From a virus: a DNA stretch of 64,000 bases. Below the pieces are notes generated by a model that saw nothing but the letters and a program-made list of their open reading frames with translations, did no database searches and was not told the DNA's origin. Location: the IMG/VR virus record IMGVR_UViG_3300020048_000023, positions 64,001 through 128,000 of that record, one strand, 5' to 3'. This document shows, in pieces, positions 1-6,951 of this stretch; position 1 is the stretch's first letter; the number at the start of each line of letters is the position of its first letter. A program made the position numbers and the translations under genes.

Positions 1-18
1 GTAGAAAAGTATGCCAGT

Positions 19-531
19 GTGTTACAAGTGGTATTAAACAAGTTAAACACCAGAAAAGGTGAAAAAATTGCGTGGAAAGAGTTCACCAAAACCAATAAGG
101 TTAGTAGTTCTTTTGGCACCGCATTACAGCGAATAGGGCTGGTTGAGAAAATGGGCGATGGTAAATGCCGCAGCAACACCAGCGTTAATTATATTAGCCG
201 CAAAAATGCTGTTTCTATCGCAACCGTTATTAATGATAACGATATTCTGAGCAATCTTCAAAATGATGTTGTGCTTGGAACCGCGAAAGACGCCATCGCC
301 AAATTGGGTATACTGAGGTTACAGGATAAAGCCCCTAAGGTTAAAGTAGTCAAACCTGCACAGGCAATGCAACCAATGCAACCAATGCAACCAATACAAG
401 CAGCACAACCAGCACAGGCTCCGCCGCCAGTTGTAGTAGCTAAAGCCACGCCGCTTTACCTTCCTGACCTGAGTAATTACAGCACACAGGCATTATTAAC
501 AGAAATAGGCACAAGAATAATTTCAAAATAA
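19..531 (+). CDS. hypothetical protein with Q/P/A-rich low-complexity tail (may begin upstream of the window)
   Basis: 170-aa ORF; 9-nt tandem repeat CAATGCAAC at 365-400 encodes (QPM)n. Confidence 0.7.
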   Translation: MLQVVLNKLNTRKGEKIAWKEFTKTNKVSSSFGTALQRIGLVEKMGDGKCRSNTSVNYISRKNAVSIATVINDNDILSNLQNDVVLGTAKDAIAKLGILRLQDKAPKVKVVKPAQAMQPMQPMQPIQAAQPAQAPPPVVVAKATPLYLPDLSNYSTQALLTEIGTRIISK

Positions 532-563
532 TTTGGTAGTTCCAAATATTAGTTGTATTTTTG
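532..563 (+). promoter_or_regulatory. Bacteroidota housekeeping-sigma promoter
   Basis: TTTG-N20-TATTTTTG. Confidence 0.85.
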
Positions 564-611
564 CCGTTCTATTAAAAAAGAAAACTTTGTTTAACCTAAA
601 ACTTTAACGTT

Positions 612-1394
612 ATGAAGCAAAAGCTCAACACCCTCTTAGCATTGCGGGAGAAGTTCGAAACGACTTTTAAGAATGCACTCAACGACCTTGTAAACAAATT
701 CAAAAGTGAGCAAGGTTTATTCCAAGGCACACGTAAGACATACGAAGCCCTTGACAGTTTTGCTGATGAACCTAATAAACGTGTTTTTCGTAAGGTTGCT
801 TCAACCGTACAGGAACAGCTGGATTGGTTCAGAAAGTATAATACTGAATACCTGAAACAACTCTTTACCATTGAGAAAACCAACGGTTCTGGTTTGGCTA
901 AGGCTGAGCTTACCGTAGGCGGAACATCGTGGGGCGAGTTCACCTCAACCGAATTACTCCGTTTGAAAGGCTTTCTGGAAAACAACCAGTTGAAAGCTAT
1001 GTACAACACCATTCCTGTTCGTTCGGAAACCACCCTGTGGAAACCAACCGCCGACGACATTTACGCCGACCGTGGCGGAAAAATCTTCGAAGACACAATC
1101 GACGAAGGTTTCGCAAAAACCACGCTGAAAACGCAGTATATACTTACTGACCCACACCCTGACGCAAAACGCGCCCCGATTGTAGCCGACAAAACCGAAC
1201 AGGTAAACATCGGTCACTACACATCGCAGGACTTTTCAGGCGCCGCTTCCATCCGTGAACGCGCAGAAATGATCGCCCGTCTGGATTTGCTCCACAAGGC
1301 TGTTGTTGAAGCTCTTGAAAAAGCCAATGACGTTGAAGTTGTTGAATCAGTACTTGGCGACAAGCTGTTCAGCTACATTCACGACGGCAAATAA
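612..1394 (+). CDS. conserved helical/coiled-coil protein, DUF7873-like
   Basis: Motifs KLNTLLA, GLFQG-x-RKTY, TN-x3-AKAEL-x-V-x-G, ELL-x-L, G-x-YT-x3-FSGA, AV-x2-A-x3-AN resemble the family I recall as DUF7873; unverified. Confidence 0.65.
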   Translation: MKQKLNTLLALREKFETTFKNALNDLVNKFKSEQGLFQGTRKTYEALDSFADEPNKRVFRKVASTVQEQLDWFRKYNTEYLKQLFTIEKTNGSGLAKAELTVGGTSWGEFTSTELLRLKGFLENNQLKAMYNTIPVRSETTLWKPTADDIYADRGGKIFEDTIDEGFAKTTLKTQYILTDPHPDAKRAPIVADKTEQVNIGHYTSQDFSGAASIRERAEMIARLDLLHKAVVEALEKANDVEVVESVLGDKLFSYIHDGK

Positions 1395-1398
1395 AAGT

Positions 1399-1483
1399 AT
1401 GTTGCTGGGGTAACGATCCAATCTGTGTCGGGTCATAGTCGATATAGCAGAAAATGAATTAGACTACCAGCAACATCTTTTTT
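1399..1483 (+). ncRNA. candidate small structured RNA (closed stem, inner hairpin, possible pseudoknot, U-tract)
   Basis: ATGTTGCTGG(1399-1408)/CCAGCAACAT(1467-1476); CTGTGTCG/CGATATAG inner stem with two G-U pairs. Confidence 0.5.
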
Positions 1484-1515
1484 ACTTTTACAGTTCTTAA
1501 AAATATTGAAAATAA

Positions 1516-1800
1516 TGCTCAAGCATCAATGTTAGCTTAACTAAACCGTGATATTAACTTTACTTGTTAATGTCGTTGAGCACTAACATAAGCTTGAGAT
1601 TTATCCATTGATGCTACGAAATCACACTCAGGCAGTAAGGTCGTTTGTTCAAATCAAATCGAGCCCTCAAATAATAATGAAAATATATGGGCTCGGGGTG
1701 CGGGGGTTGCACGTACTGTAGTCTTGTTAGCATAAGTTTTCGTAAATGCATTGATAAACATTGATCGAAAGATCAGTTATGCCTTAGAAGCATAATACAT
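1516..1800 (+). ncRNA. large structured RNA with circularly permuted tRNA core (1632-1719)
   Basis: Order: CAGTA - AGGTC - T arm GTTTG/TTCAAAT/CAAAT - CGAGCCC - 22-nt linker - GGGCTCG - D arm GTGC/GCAC - TACTG; flanking long helices. Outer boundaries approximate. Confidence 0.8.
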
Positions 1801-1849
1801 ATGTTAAACTTCGGTAGGTGTCCACAGGATATAAGGGCACCTACCATAC

Positions 1850-1926
1850 GCGGGTCTGAAGGCAATTGGTTAGACCTATAGGAAGCACGGTTCCTATGCG
1901 TGGTGGTTCGAGTCCACTAACCCGCA
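1850..1926 (+). ncRNA. tRNA-like RNA / pseudo-tRNA with non-canonical anticodon arm
   Basis: Acceptor GCGGGTC/AACCCGC, D loop with GG, T arm GGTGG-TTCGAGT-CCACT; anticodon arm ATAGGAA/TTCCTAT with 6-nt loop GCACGG; no encoded CCA. Confidence 0.7.
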
Positions 1927-1948
1927 CTTAATTTAGCGTCGATATAAG

Positions 1949-1979
1949 AACTGGTGGGGATTTAATCCCCCCAGTTTTT
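1949..1979 (+). terminator. intrinsic terminator
   Basis: CTGGTGGGGA-TTTAA-TCCCCCCAG + T-tract. Confidence 0.8.
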
Positions 1980-1994
1980 CCATTTTAGGATAAA

Positions 1995-2026
1995 TTTGGT
2001 AGTGTCAAATATTAGTTGTATCTTTG
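1995..2026 (+). promoter_or_regulatory. Bacteroidota promoter
   Basis: TTTG-N20-TATCTTTG. Confidence 0.85.
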
Positions 2027-2042
2027 CTGAAACTTTAAAACA

Positions 2043-2699
2043 ATGAGTAATTTAAGCGCAGTAGAAAAACAGGTAAAACGTGATGCAGAACGCAGACGTG
2101 CTAACGACAAAGCCGATGCCAGAGCGGAAGAGCGCGAATACCAAGCTTCGCTCAGAAGTATGCCTTGGAGCGACAGAATCGAAAATACTATTGAAAGTGG
2201 CAAGGGTGGTCGGTTCCTTAATTGGATATACGACACATTCTTTGGCGCTGAGTGCAATATGCCGAGCCACAAGCGATCTTCATATATAAAACGTCAGACT
2301 GATGCCCAAAAGCTGGCTCTTGCCGAACGTGTAAGGAACTTGGCTATTAAGTATGATACCACAGCGGAAAACGTTGTGCTGAGCTATTTTCGGATGCTTG
2401 GTGAGTACGTCGAATTAAAGCGTATGGGTTCCACCGCTGATCAGGGGTATATTTTGAACCTTAAAAGACAGCTTGACGAACTCTTTGCTGGTATGCTTAT
2501 TGCACCGTTACTTGAACTCGGTATACCTTATTGGATTGAAAGGGATTGGATAGCCTGTACCCGCGTTAAAAGCGAAGCCCAGTATCACTATGAAATTGAG
2601 CGGCGTAAGAACACACCAAACCATAATTTCGGTGAGGCGCCTAAAATAGGGTACAACTGCACATCTTTTTTGCGTGAGGCGGGATTTAAAGAAAATTAA
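2043..2699 (+). CDS. hypothetical protein
   Basis: 218-aa ORF directly after promoter. Confidence 0.8.
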   Translation: MSNLSAVEKQVKRDAERRRANDKADARAEEREYQASLRSMPWSDRIENTIESGKGGRFLNWIYDTFFGAECNMPSHKRSSYIKRQTDAQKLALAERVRNLAIKYDTTAENVVLSYFRMLGEYVELKRMGSTADQGYILNLKRQLDELFAGMLIAPLLELGIPYWIERDWIACTRVKSEAQYHYEIERRKNTPNHNFGEAPKIGYNCTSFLREAGFKEN

Positions 2700-2759
2700 T
2701 ATTTCCTTTTTCTTAATAGCCTGTATATTTGTGGTATAAAAACTTAAAATTTTACCACA

Positions 2760-2972
2760 ATGGGAAGATTAAAATTATTCCAAGCGGCAGTTGTCTGGCA
2801 TCCAGACCTTAATAAAGAGGAAGAAGAAAAAATGGACTCCATTATTCTGGTTGAGCCGTACACAGTGCTCGAAAAAGACGACAAAACTCTCGCCTATAAA
2901 CTCGTAAGAGCTCTGGACGAAAAGTACATTGACCAAATGAACCAAATCGAACTCATTATCCGCCCTTTTTAA
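2760..2972 (+). CDS. small phage protein ending ..IIRPF; stop lies right after slippery heptamer CCCTTTT
   Basis: 70-aa ORF after a -7 box (TATATTTG 2724-2731). Confidence 0.85.
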   Translation: MGRLKLFQAAVVWHPDLNKEEEEKMDSIILVEPYTVLEKDDKTLAYKLVRALDEKYIDQMNQIELIIRPF

Positions 2973-2980
2973 CTTGGGAC

Positions 2981-3361
2981 TTGATCTTAGATGGCAGCCC
3001 TTGGTTCAACCCAGCGGGGTTAACATTAGGAAGCGTGGGTAGAAATGGTTGTAGTGGTATGGCTGGAACATCAGGCACATATGGTGTAGGGGCAACTGGT
3101 TCTGTTGGAGCACAAGGCGTAGGCGGTACAAGTCGTATAGGCTATGCAAGTTCACCAACCTTAGACTTCCACAACAATAGTGAATATCTTATGGACGTAA
3201 GCGCCTTCCAAGGTCTGAATGAAGAATCCACACTAACGTATGCGAGCGGAAACGTACTATGTAGTGACGTTATAGGAAACGCGGTCTGGTCAAGTCCCCA
3301 ACAAAATGCAAGAGTCAGCAACTTTTACAATGCGGCTGATGTTTTTTCGAACAAAATTTAA
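2981..3361 (+). CDS. Gly/Ser-rich ORF, probably the -1 frameshift extension of the upstream gene
   Basis: -1 frame is open from 2933 through the slippery site; nearest start is a TTG. Confidence 0.6.
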   Translation: MILDGSPWFNPAGLTLGSVGRNGCSGMAGTSGTYGVGATGSVGAQGVGGTSRIGYASSPTLDFHNNSEYLMDVSAFQGLNEESTLTYASGNVLCSDVIGNAVWSSPQQNARVSNFYNAADVFSNKI

Positions 3362-3366
3362 GCAAG

Positions 3367-3391
3367 AAGCCCCAGTAATATGGGGTTTTTT
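3367..3391 (+). terminator. intrinsic terminator
   Basis: AAGCCCCA-GTAATA-TGGGGTTT + T-tract. Confidence 0.8.
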
Positions 3392-3429
3392 GTTATTGTA
3401 TTTAAGTATTTATATGAAAAAGCAACGCT

Positions 3430-3990
3430 ATGATTGACGATGTTAGAAAAATGATTGATAGGGTAAAGCTTATTAATGAGAATATTGACGCTAATGGTAA
3501 CTCGGCGGTCAATTTTGTGTACCAACAGCACCCTGAATTGGCTAAGATAGGTACACAAGAACAGTATTCTCGGTATCTTGGCACTATATTTCCAAGTAGT
3601 AAAATAAAGGATATTGTTTACCATAGTAGCCCTGAAAAAATTGAAAAATTCAGGGAAAATATGTTCGGTACGTATTTTGCATATTCACCTATACAAGGTA
3701 CTTATGGAAATGTTGTTAATTGCGTACTTTTGAATGTTACAAATCCGTTAATCATACCAAAATCAGAAGATAGCTCAGAAACAAAAGAACTCTATAATAA
3801 AGAATACAGGGCTTATAACAACCCGTCTTCTTTCTCCCCAGAAGGAATTAGATCATATAAGTACGATGCAAGTATTGAACGATCTACTGTAACCAAAGAA
3901 GGGATTCAAATTACAGTTAGAAGCCCAGAGCAGATTTACATACTGGGTTCGCAACAAGATATAGCTGGATTTACCAATTTTGTAAGGTAA
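3430..3990 (+). CDS. putative ADP-ribosyltransferase-fold protein (ART-PolyVal-like)
   Basis: IVYHSS-x5-F...G-x-YF...LLNVTNPL...YD...V-x-SPEQI pattern. Confidence 0.45.
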   Translation: MIDDVRKMIDRVKLINENIDANGNSAVNFVYQQHPELAKIGTQEQYSRYLGTIFPSSKIKDIVYHSSPEKIEKFRENMFGTYFAYSPIQGTYGNVVNCVLLNVTNPLIIPKSEDSSETKELYNKEYRAYNNPSSFSPEGIRSYKYDASIERSTVTKEGIQITVRSPEQIYILGSQQDIAGFTNFVR

Positions 3991-4046
3991 TATTTTTGTT
4001 TTAAAAAGCGTGATAATTAAAAATATCATGTGAAAATGTGATTTTA

Positions 4047-4078
4047 TTTGTATTTCTCATTTCTTTATTGTATATTTG
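4047..4078 (+). promoter_or_regulatory. Bacteroidota promoter
   Basis: TTTG-N20-TATATTTG. Confidence 0.8.
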
Positions 4079-4101
4079 CGGCAACTTTAAATACAATTAT
4101 A

Positions 4102-4563
4102 ATGATAACGTCAGATTCTACCGAACATTTAGGCAAAAGTATTGCAGACTATGAACTCAATATCGGTAAAAGGGTATGCAAAGCTACCCAGAGAAAATAC
4201 GGAAACGGTAAACCATTCAGAAGCGGTAACAAGGTAAACACCATTAAGGGTGTTATTATGCACCCTATAATGCACATTCCATCTTACACGTTCGTTGAAG
4301 ATGATAGCTACGTGGAATGCCGCCGATGTGTTATTGTTGTGGACAACGAAAAGACTAATATTACTATTGGTATGGATTTAACGCTGCTACAGAATGTTGC
4401 TGGCGCCGATGTTTATAATAAAGACTTGGTAATGCGTATGTATAGCGAAGGTGATGCAAAGATCATCACTCGGGAAGGTCGTAAATACCTTGCCAAAGCA
4501 ATAGACCAAACGCAGCTTATAGCTGAGATCAAGGACATAACCGAATTAAAACCTACAGAATGA
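4102..4563 (+). CDS. hypothetical protein
   Basis: Start moved to ATG 4102 because the track start lies inside the promoter. Confidence 0.75.
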   Translation: MITSDSTEHLGKSIADYELNIGKRVCKATQRKYGNGKPFRSGNKVNTIKGVIMHPIMHIPSYTFVEDDSYVECRRCVIVVDNEKTNITIGMDLTLLQNVAGADVYNKDLVMRMYSEGDAKIITREGRKYLAKAIDQTQLIAEIKDITELKPTE

Positions 4564-4787
4564 TAAGCAAAACTGACCTCTGGCAAATCTTCAAAGACCA
4601 CGAACAGGAAACTGGTCAGGTTATACCGCCGTTGATGCGCAACCATTTCTTGGAAATACTGCAACGGGTTGAGGATCGTCGTTCGCAACCCAAAAAGTGC
4701 TTAAAAAGCCCGACTGGTAAGCACGAATACATACCAGCGCCAGACAGTTTTGACGACCCATATTGCAGATTTTGCGGAAAAAAATAA
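4560..4787 (+). CDS. hypothetical protein, C-terminal Cys/His motif
   Basis: ATGA overlap; C...H...CxxC. Confidence 0.75.
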   Translation: MISKTDLWQIFKDHEQETGQVIPPLMRNHFLEILQRVEDRRSQPKKCLKSPTGKHEYIPAPDSFDDPYCRFCGKK

Positions 4788-4791
4788 TACT

Positions 4792-5121
4792 ATGAAAATA
4801 CCATTCGAATACAACGGAAGAAATCTAATACTAACCTACAATGAAAGGGGTATATTGGATAATGTACTGGACACCGCCACTGACTGCAATATGATGATGG
4901 AATATACCCAAGTGGGAACTGGCTACGAGTTTAGCACCCATAATGGTTATGTAAGAATGGATATGTGCAACGCCGTCTATATCAGAATAATGGAATTGGA
5001 CGTATTTGTACCAAAATTCATTTTCATACCAAACAGCGTAGATCGATATTGCCAGTGCGAGAAGCCTTGGGATGATCACGGAAAATGTGTAATTTGTGAA
5101 AAACCAATTAAAATAGTGTAA
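4792..5121 (+). CDS. hypothetical protein, C-terminal Zn motif
   Basis: ATG 4792; CxC...CxxC. Confidence 0.7.
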   Translation: MKIPFEYNGRNLILTYNERGILDNVLDTATDCNMMMEYTQVGTGYEFSTHNGYVRMDMCNAVYIRIMELDVFVPKFIFIPNSVDRYCQCEKPWDDHGKCVICEKPIKIV

Positions 5122-5124
5122 AAT

Positions 5125-5724
5125 ATGAGCAAAATAGAGGCAACAATGGAAGTGGTGCCAGTTACCAAAATCAAGATTGACGACACGGAAGTATTATTGG
5201 AAGACCTTGAACCTAATCAAGGAAAGTTAACCATTACCAGCTTTCGAAACAATTACTCCACGTATTGGGGTGCTATGGGCGGCGATTTAAAGTCGTTTCT
5301 CTGCGGTACAAATTCAGACTATTTTGCCAGTAGGTTAATGGGTCACAACAAAGACAACGTAATGGACGTAAGAGCCACGTTTACCGCGCTCAGGAAGCAT
5401 ATTGCCGACGAGATAATGCCTTGGTATCAGCATATGGAGTTTCAGAAGGAAATGCGTGCATACCTGAAAGACTTTCAGCGTGAGTGTGAAGGTTATGAAG
5501 ACTCACGTGCTGACGAGTTTTTCGTTAATATGTTTGAACACAGCTTTACCAACCGATTGGACTATTATCTGATAGAAGATAGGTTCGACAGAAAGGACGC
5601 CGAGGAAGCATTTAAAATAGGTGAGGTGTGGAACTTTATCTGTACCAAAAGAAGCCCAGAGTTCATTTGGTTGCAAAACCTGCATACCAAAATTGTTAAA
5701 ATACTAAATACGACGGTATATTAA
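5125..5724 (+). CDS. hypothetical phage protein
   Basis: 199-aa ORF in operon. Confidence 0.8.
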   Translation: MSKIEATMEVVPVTKIKIDDTEVLLEDLEPNQGKLTITSFRNNYSTYWGAMGGDLKSFLCGTNSDYFASRLMGHNKDNVMDVRATFTALRKHIADEIMPWYQHMEFQKEMRAYLKDFQRECEGYEDSRADEFFVNMFEHSFTNRLDYYLIEDRFDRKDAEEAFKIGEVWNFICTKRSPEFIWLQNLHTKIVKILNTTVY

Positions 5725-5734
5725 AATAACGACA

Positions 5735-6205
5735 ATGAAAGTAGAAAGAGTACACGACGGAATACGCTACACCCTATCAAATGAGTGTTTACATCACGGC
5801 GACGAGGTTTATCCTATAGCCCAAGGAAGGCAAACCGAAAACGATGGGTGGGTTATACATAATTTTGACTTTCGCGACTTTATATCTGGGTTCCCCGCTG
5901 ATCCGCATATAATCAAAAGTTTTGATAACAGCCACCCAAAAGAAAAGATTATCGACACGAATAAAGGGCATGCCTTTTCCGAGTGTTACTACAAAATAAT
6001 CAAGTGCGAGAAACAGGTAAAGGAAAACCAGAATCCGTATTCACGGTATGTCTGGGTAGAAACCGAAAAGCCTGTATTTCCACAGCCTTGGATATGCAAC
6101 CAATGTAATTCCGAGGAATACAGTGGGTATGTTTCGGAAGACGACATACAAAACTTAGCCTGCTCCACTTGTGGTGGCGTTGAGTTCCATAGAAATAATA
6201 AGTAA
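5735..6205 (+). CDS. hypothetical protein, C-terminal zinc ribbon
   Basis: CNQC...CSTC. Confidence 0.75.
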   Translation: MKVERVHDGIRYTLSNECLHHGDEVYPIAQGRQTENDGWVIHNFDFRDFISGFPADPHIIKSFDNSHPKEKIIDTNKGHAFSECYYKIIKCEKQVKENQNPYSRYVWVETEKPVFPQPWICNQCNSEEYSGYVSEDDIQNLACSTCGGVEFHRNNK

Positions 6206-6225
6206 TACAAAACAATACGAATGAA
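6194..6225 (+). repeat. 32-bp perfect direct repeat, copy 1
   Basis: AATAATAAGTAATACAAAACAATACGAATGAA, identical to 6920-6951. Confidence 0.95.
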
Positions 6226-6397
6226 CACACTTGAAAACAATGATTGGCGTTTTATCAATTATAGTGATGAAAACCTAAAAGCTATGCCGAAAGATAGGGA
6301 TTTTGAAGTATTATTCGACGACGGAACGATACTCAATTTCGATAATGAAAAATTTCCTTTCGCTGAAATTATCGCGTGGCGTGAATTAACCAAATAA
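6221..6397 (+). CDS. small hypothetical protein (58 aa, not in ORF track)
   Basis: MNTLENNDWRF...IIAWRELTK; fills the gap exactly. Confidence 0.75.
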   Translation: MNTLENNDWRFINYSDENLKAMPKDRDFEVLFDDGTILNFDNEKFPFAEIIAWRELTK

Positions 6398-6417
6398 TAA
6401 ACTCAATACTTACAAAT

Positions 6418-6924
6418 ATGAAATTCAAAGTAGTTAAAGGCACGGAAACTTTTGAGAAGCTTGCCGCCTTCAGAGAACGTGTTAAAGATGTTAGTAAACA
6501 GGCTACAAATATGGCTACACTACTTGGCGGAGCCCGTTATTGTCATAGGTCAAATAAATTGGCTGGCGGTCTGAGTGCCATTGAATTTGAAACAAAGCCA
6601 GAAGGTTATAAAGTTGTTGGTAAAAAATGGCAACACCTTTACTACCCCAAAGCTTCTAACAAAAAAGACTGTGCTTTGATTGAAGGACTACCTACCATTG
6701 ATTACGACGAGCTGAACACAATAGTTAATTTCGAAGCTCCGCAAACCGTTTCGAGTGAACGAGGTATAGCTTGGATTAGTACAGTAGGTTTAACCTTTGG
6801 CGATGATGAAATGTTAATTTCCGTCCCTACTGGATGCAAATACACCCCACCAACCGACGTAGTAGAAATACTGGAATCTGAGTACGATAAACTCAAGAAG
6901 AAATTAAACCCAGACAAAGAATAA
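6418..6924 (+). CDS. hypothetical protein
   Basis: 168-aa ORF. Confidence 0.8.
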   Translation: MKFKVVKGTETFEKLAAFRERVKDVSKQATNMATLLGGARYCHRSNKLAGGLSAIEFETKPEGYKVVGKKWQHLYYPKASNKKDCALIEGLPTIDYDELNTIVNFEAPQTVSSERGIAWISTVGLTFGDDEMLISVPTGCKYTPPTDVVEILESEYDKLKKKLNPDKE

Positions 6925-6951
6925 TAAGTAATACAAAACAATACGAATGAA
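6920..6951 (+). repeat. 32-bp perfect direct repeat, copy 2
   Basis: Identical to 6194-6225; contains the RNA ligase start codon. Confidence 0.95.

Noticed and set aside
365-400. 9-nt tandem repeat as a regulatory or contingency locus
   Set aside because: It is in frame and encodes a low-complexity QPM linker.
1399-1476. Twister ribozyme
   Set aside because: A UAA follows the first stem, but the P2 helix and the T1/T2 pairings could not be built.
1632-1800. Permuted two-piece tmRNA
   Set aside because: There is no G3-U70 alanine determinant (pair 3 is G-C), a 4-bp D stem is present, and no tag frame ending in ..AA-stop is visible downstream.
1850-1926. Functional decoding tRNA
   Set aside because: No 7-nt anticodon loop with U33 can be drawn, so no isotype is assigned.
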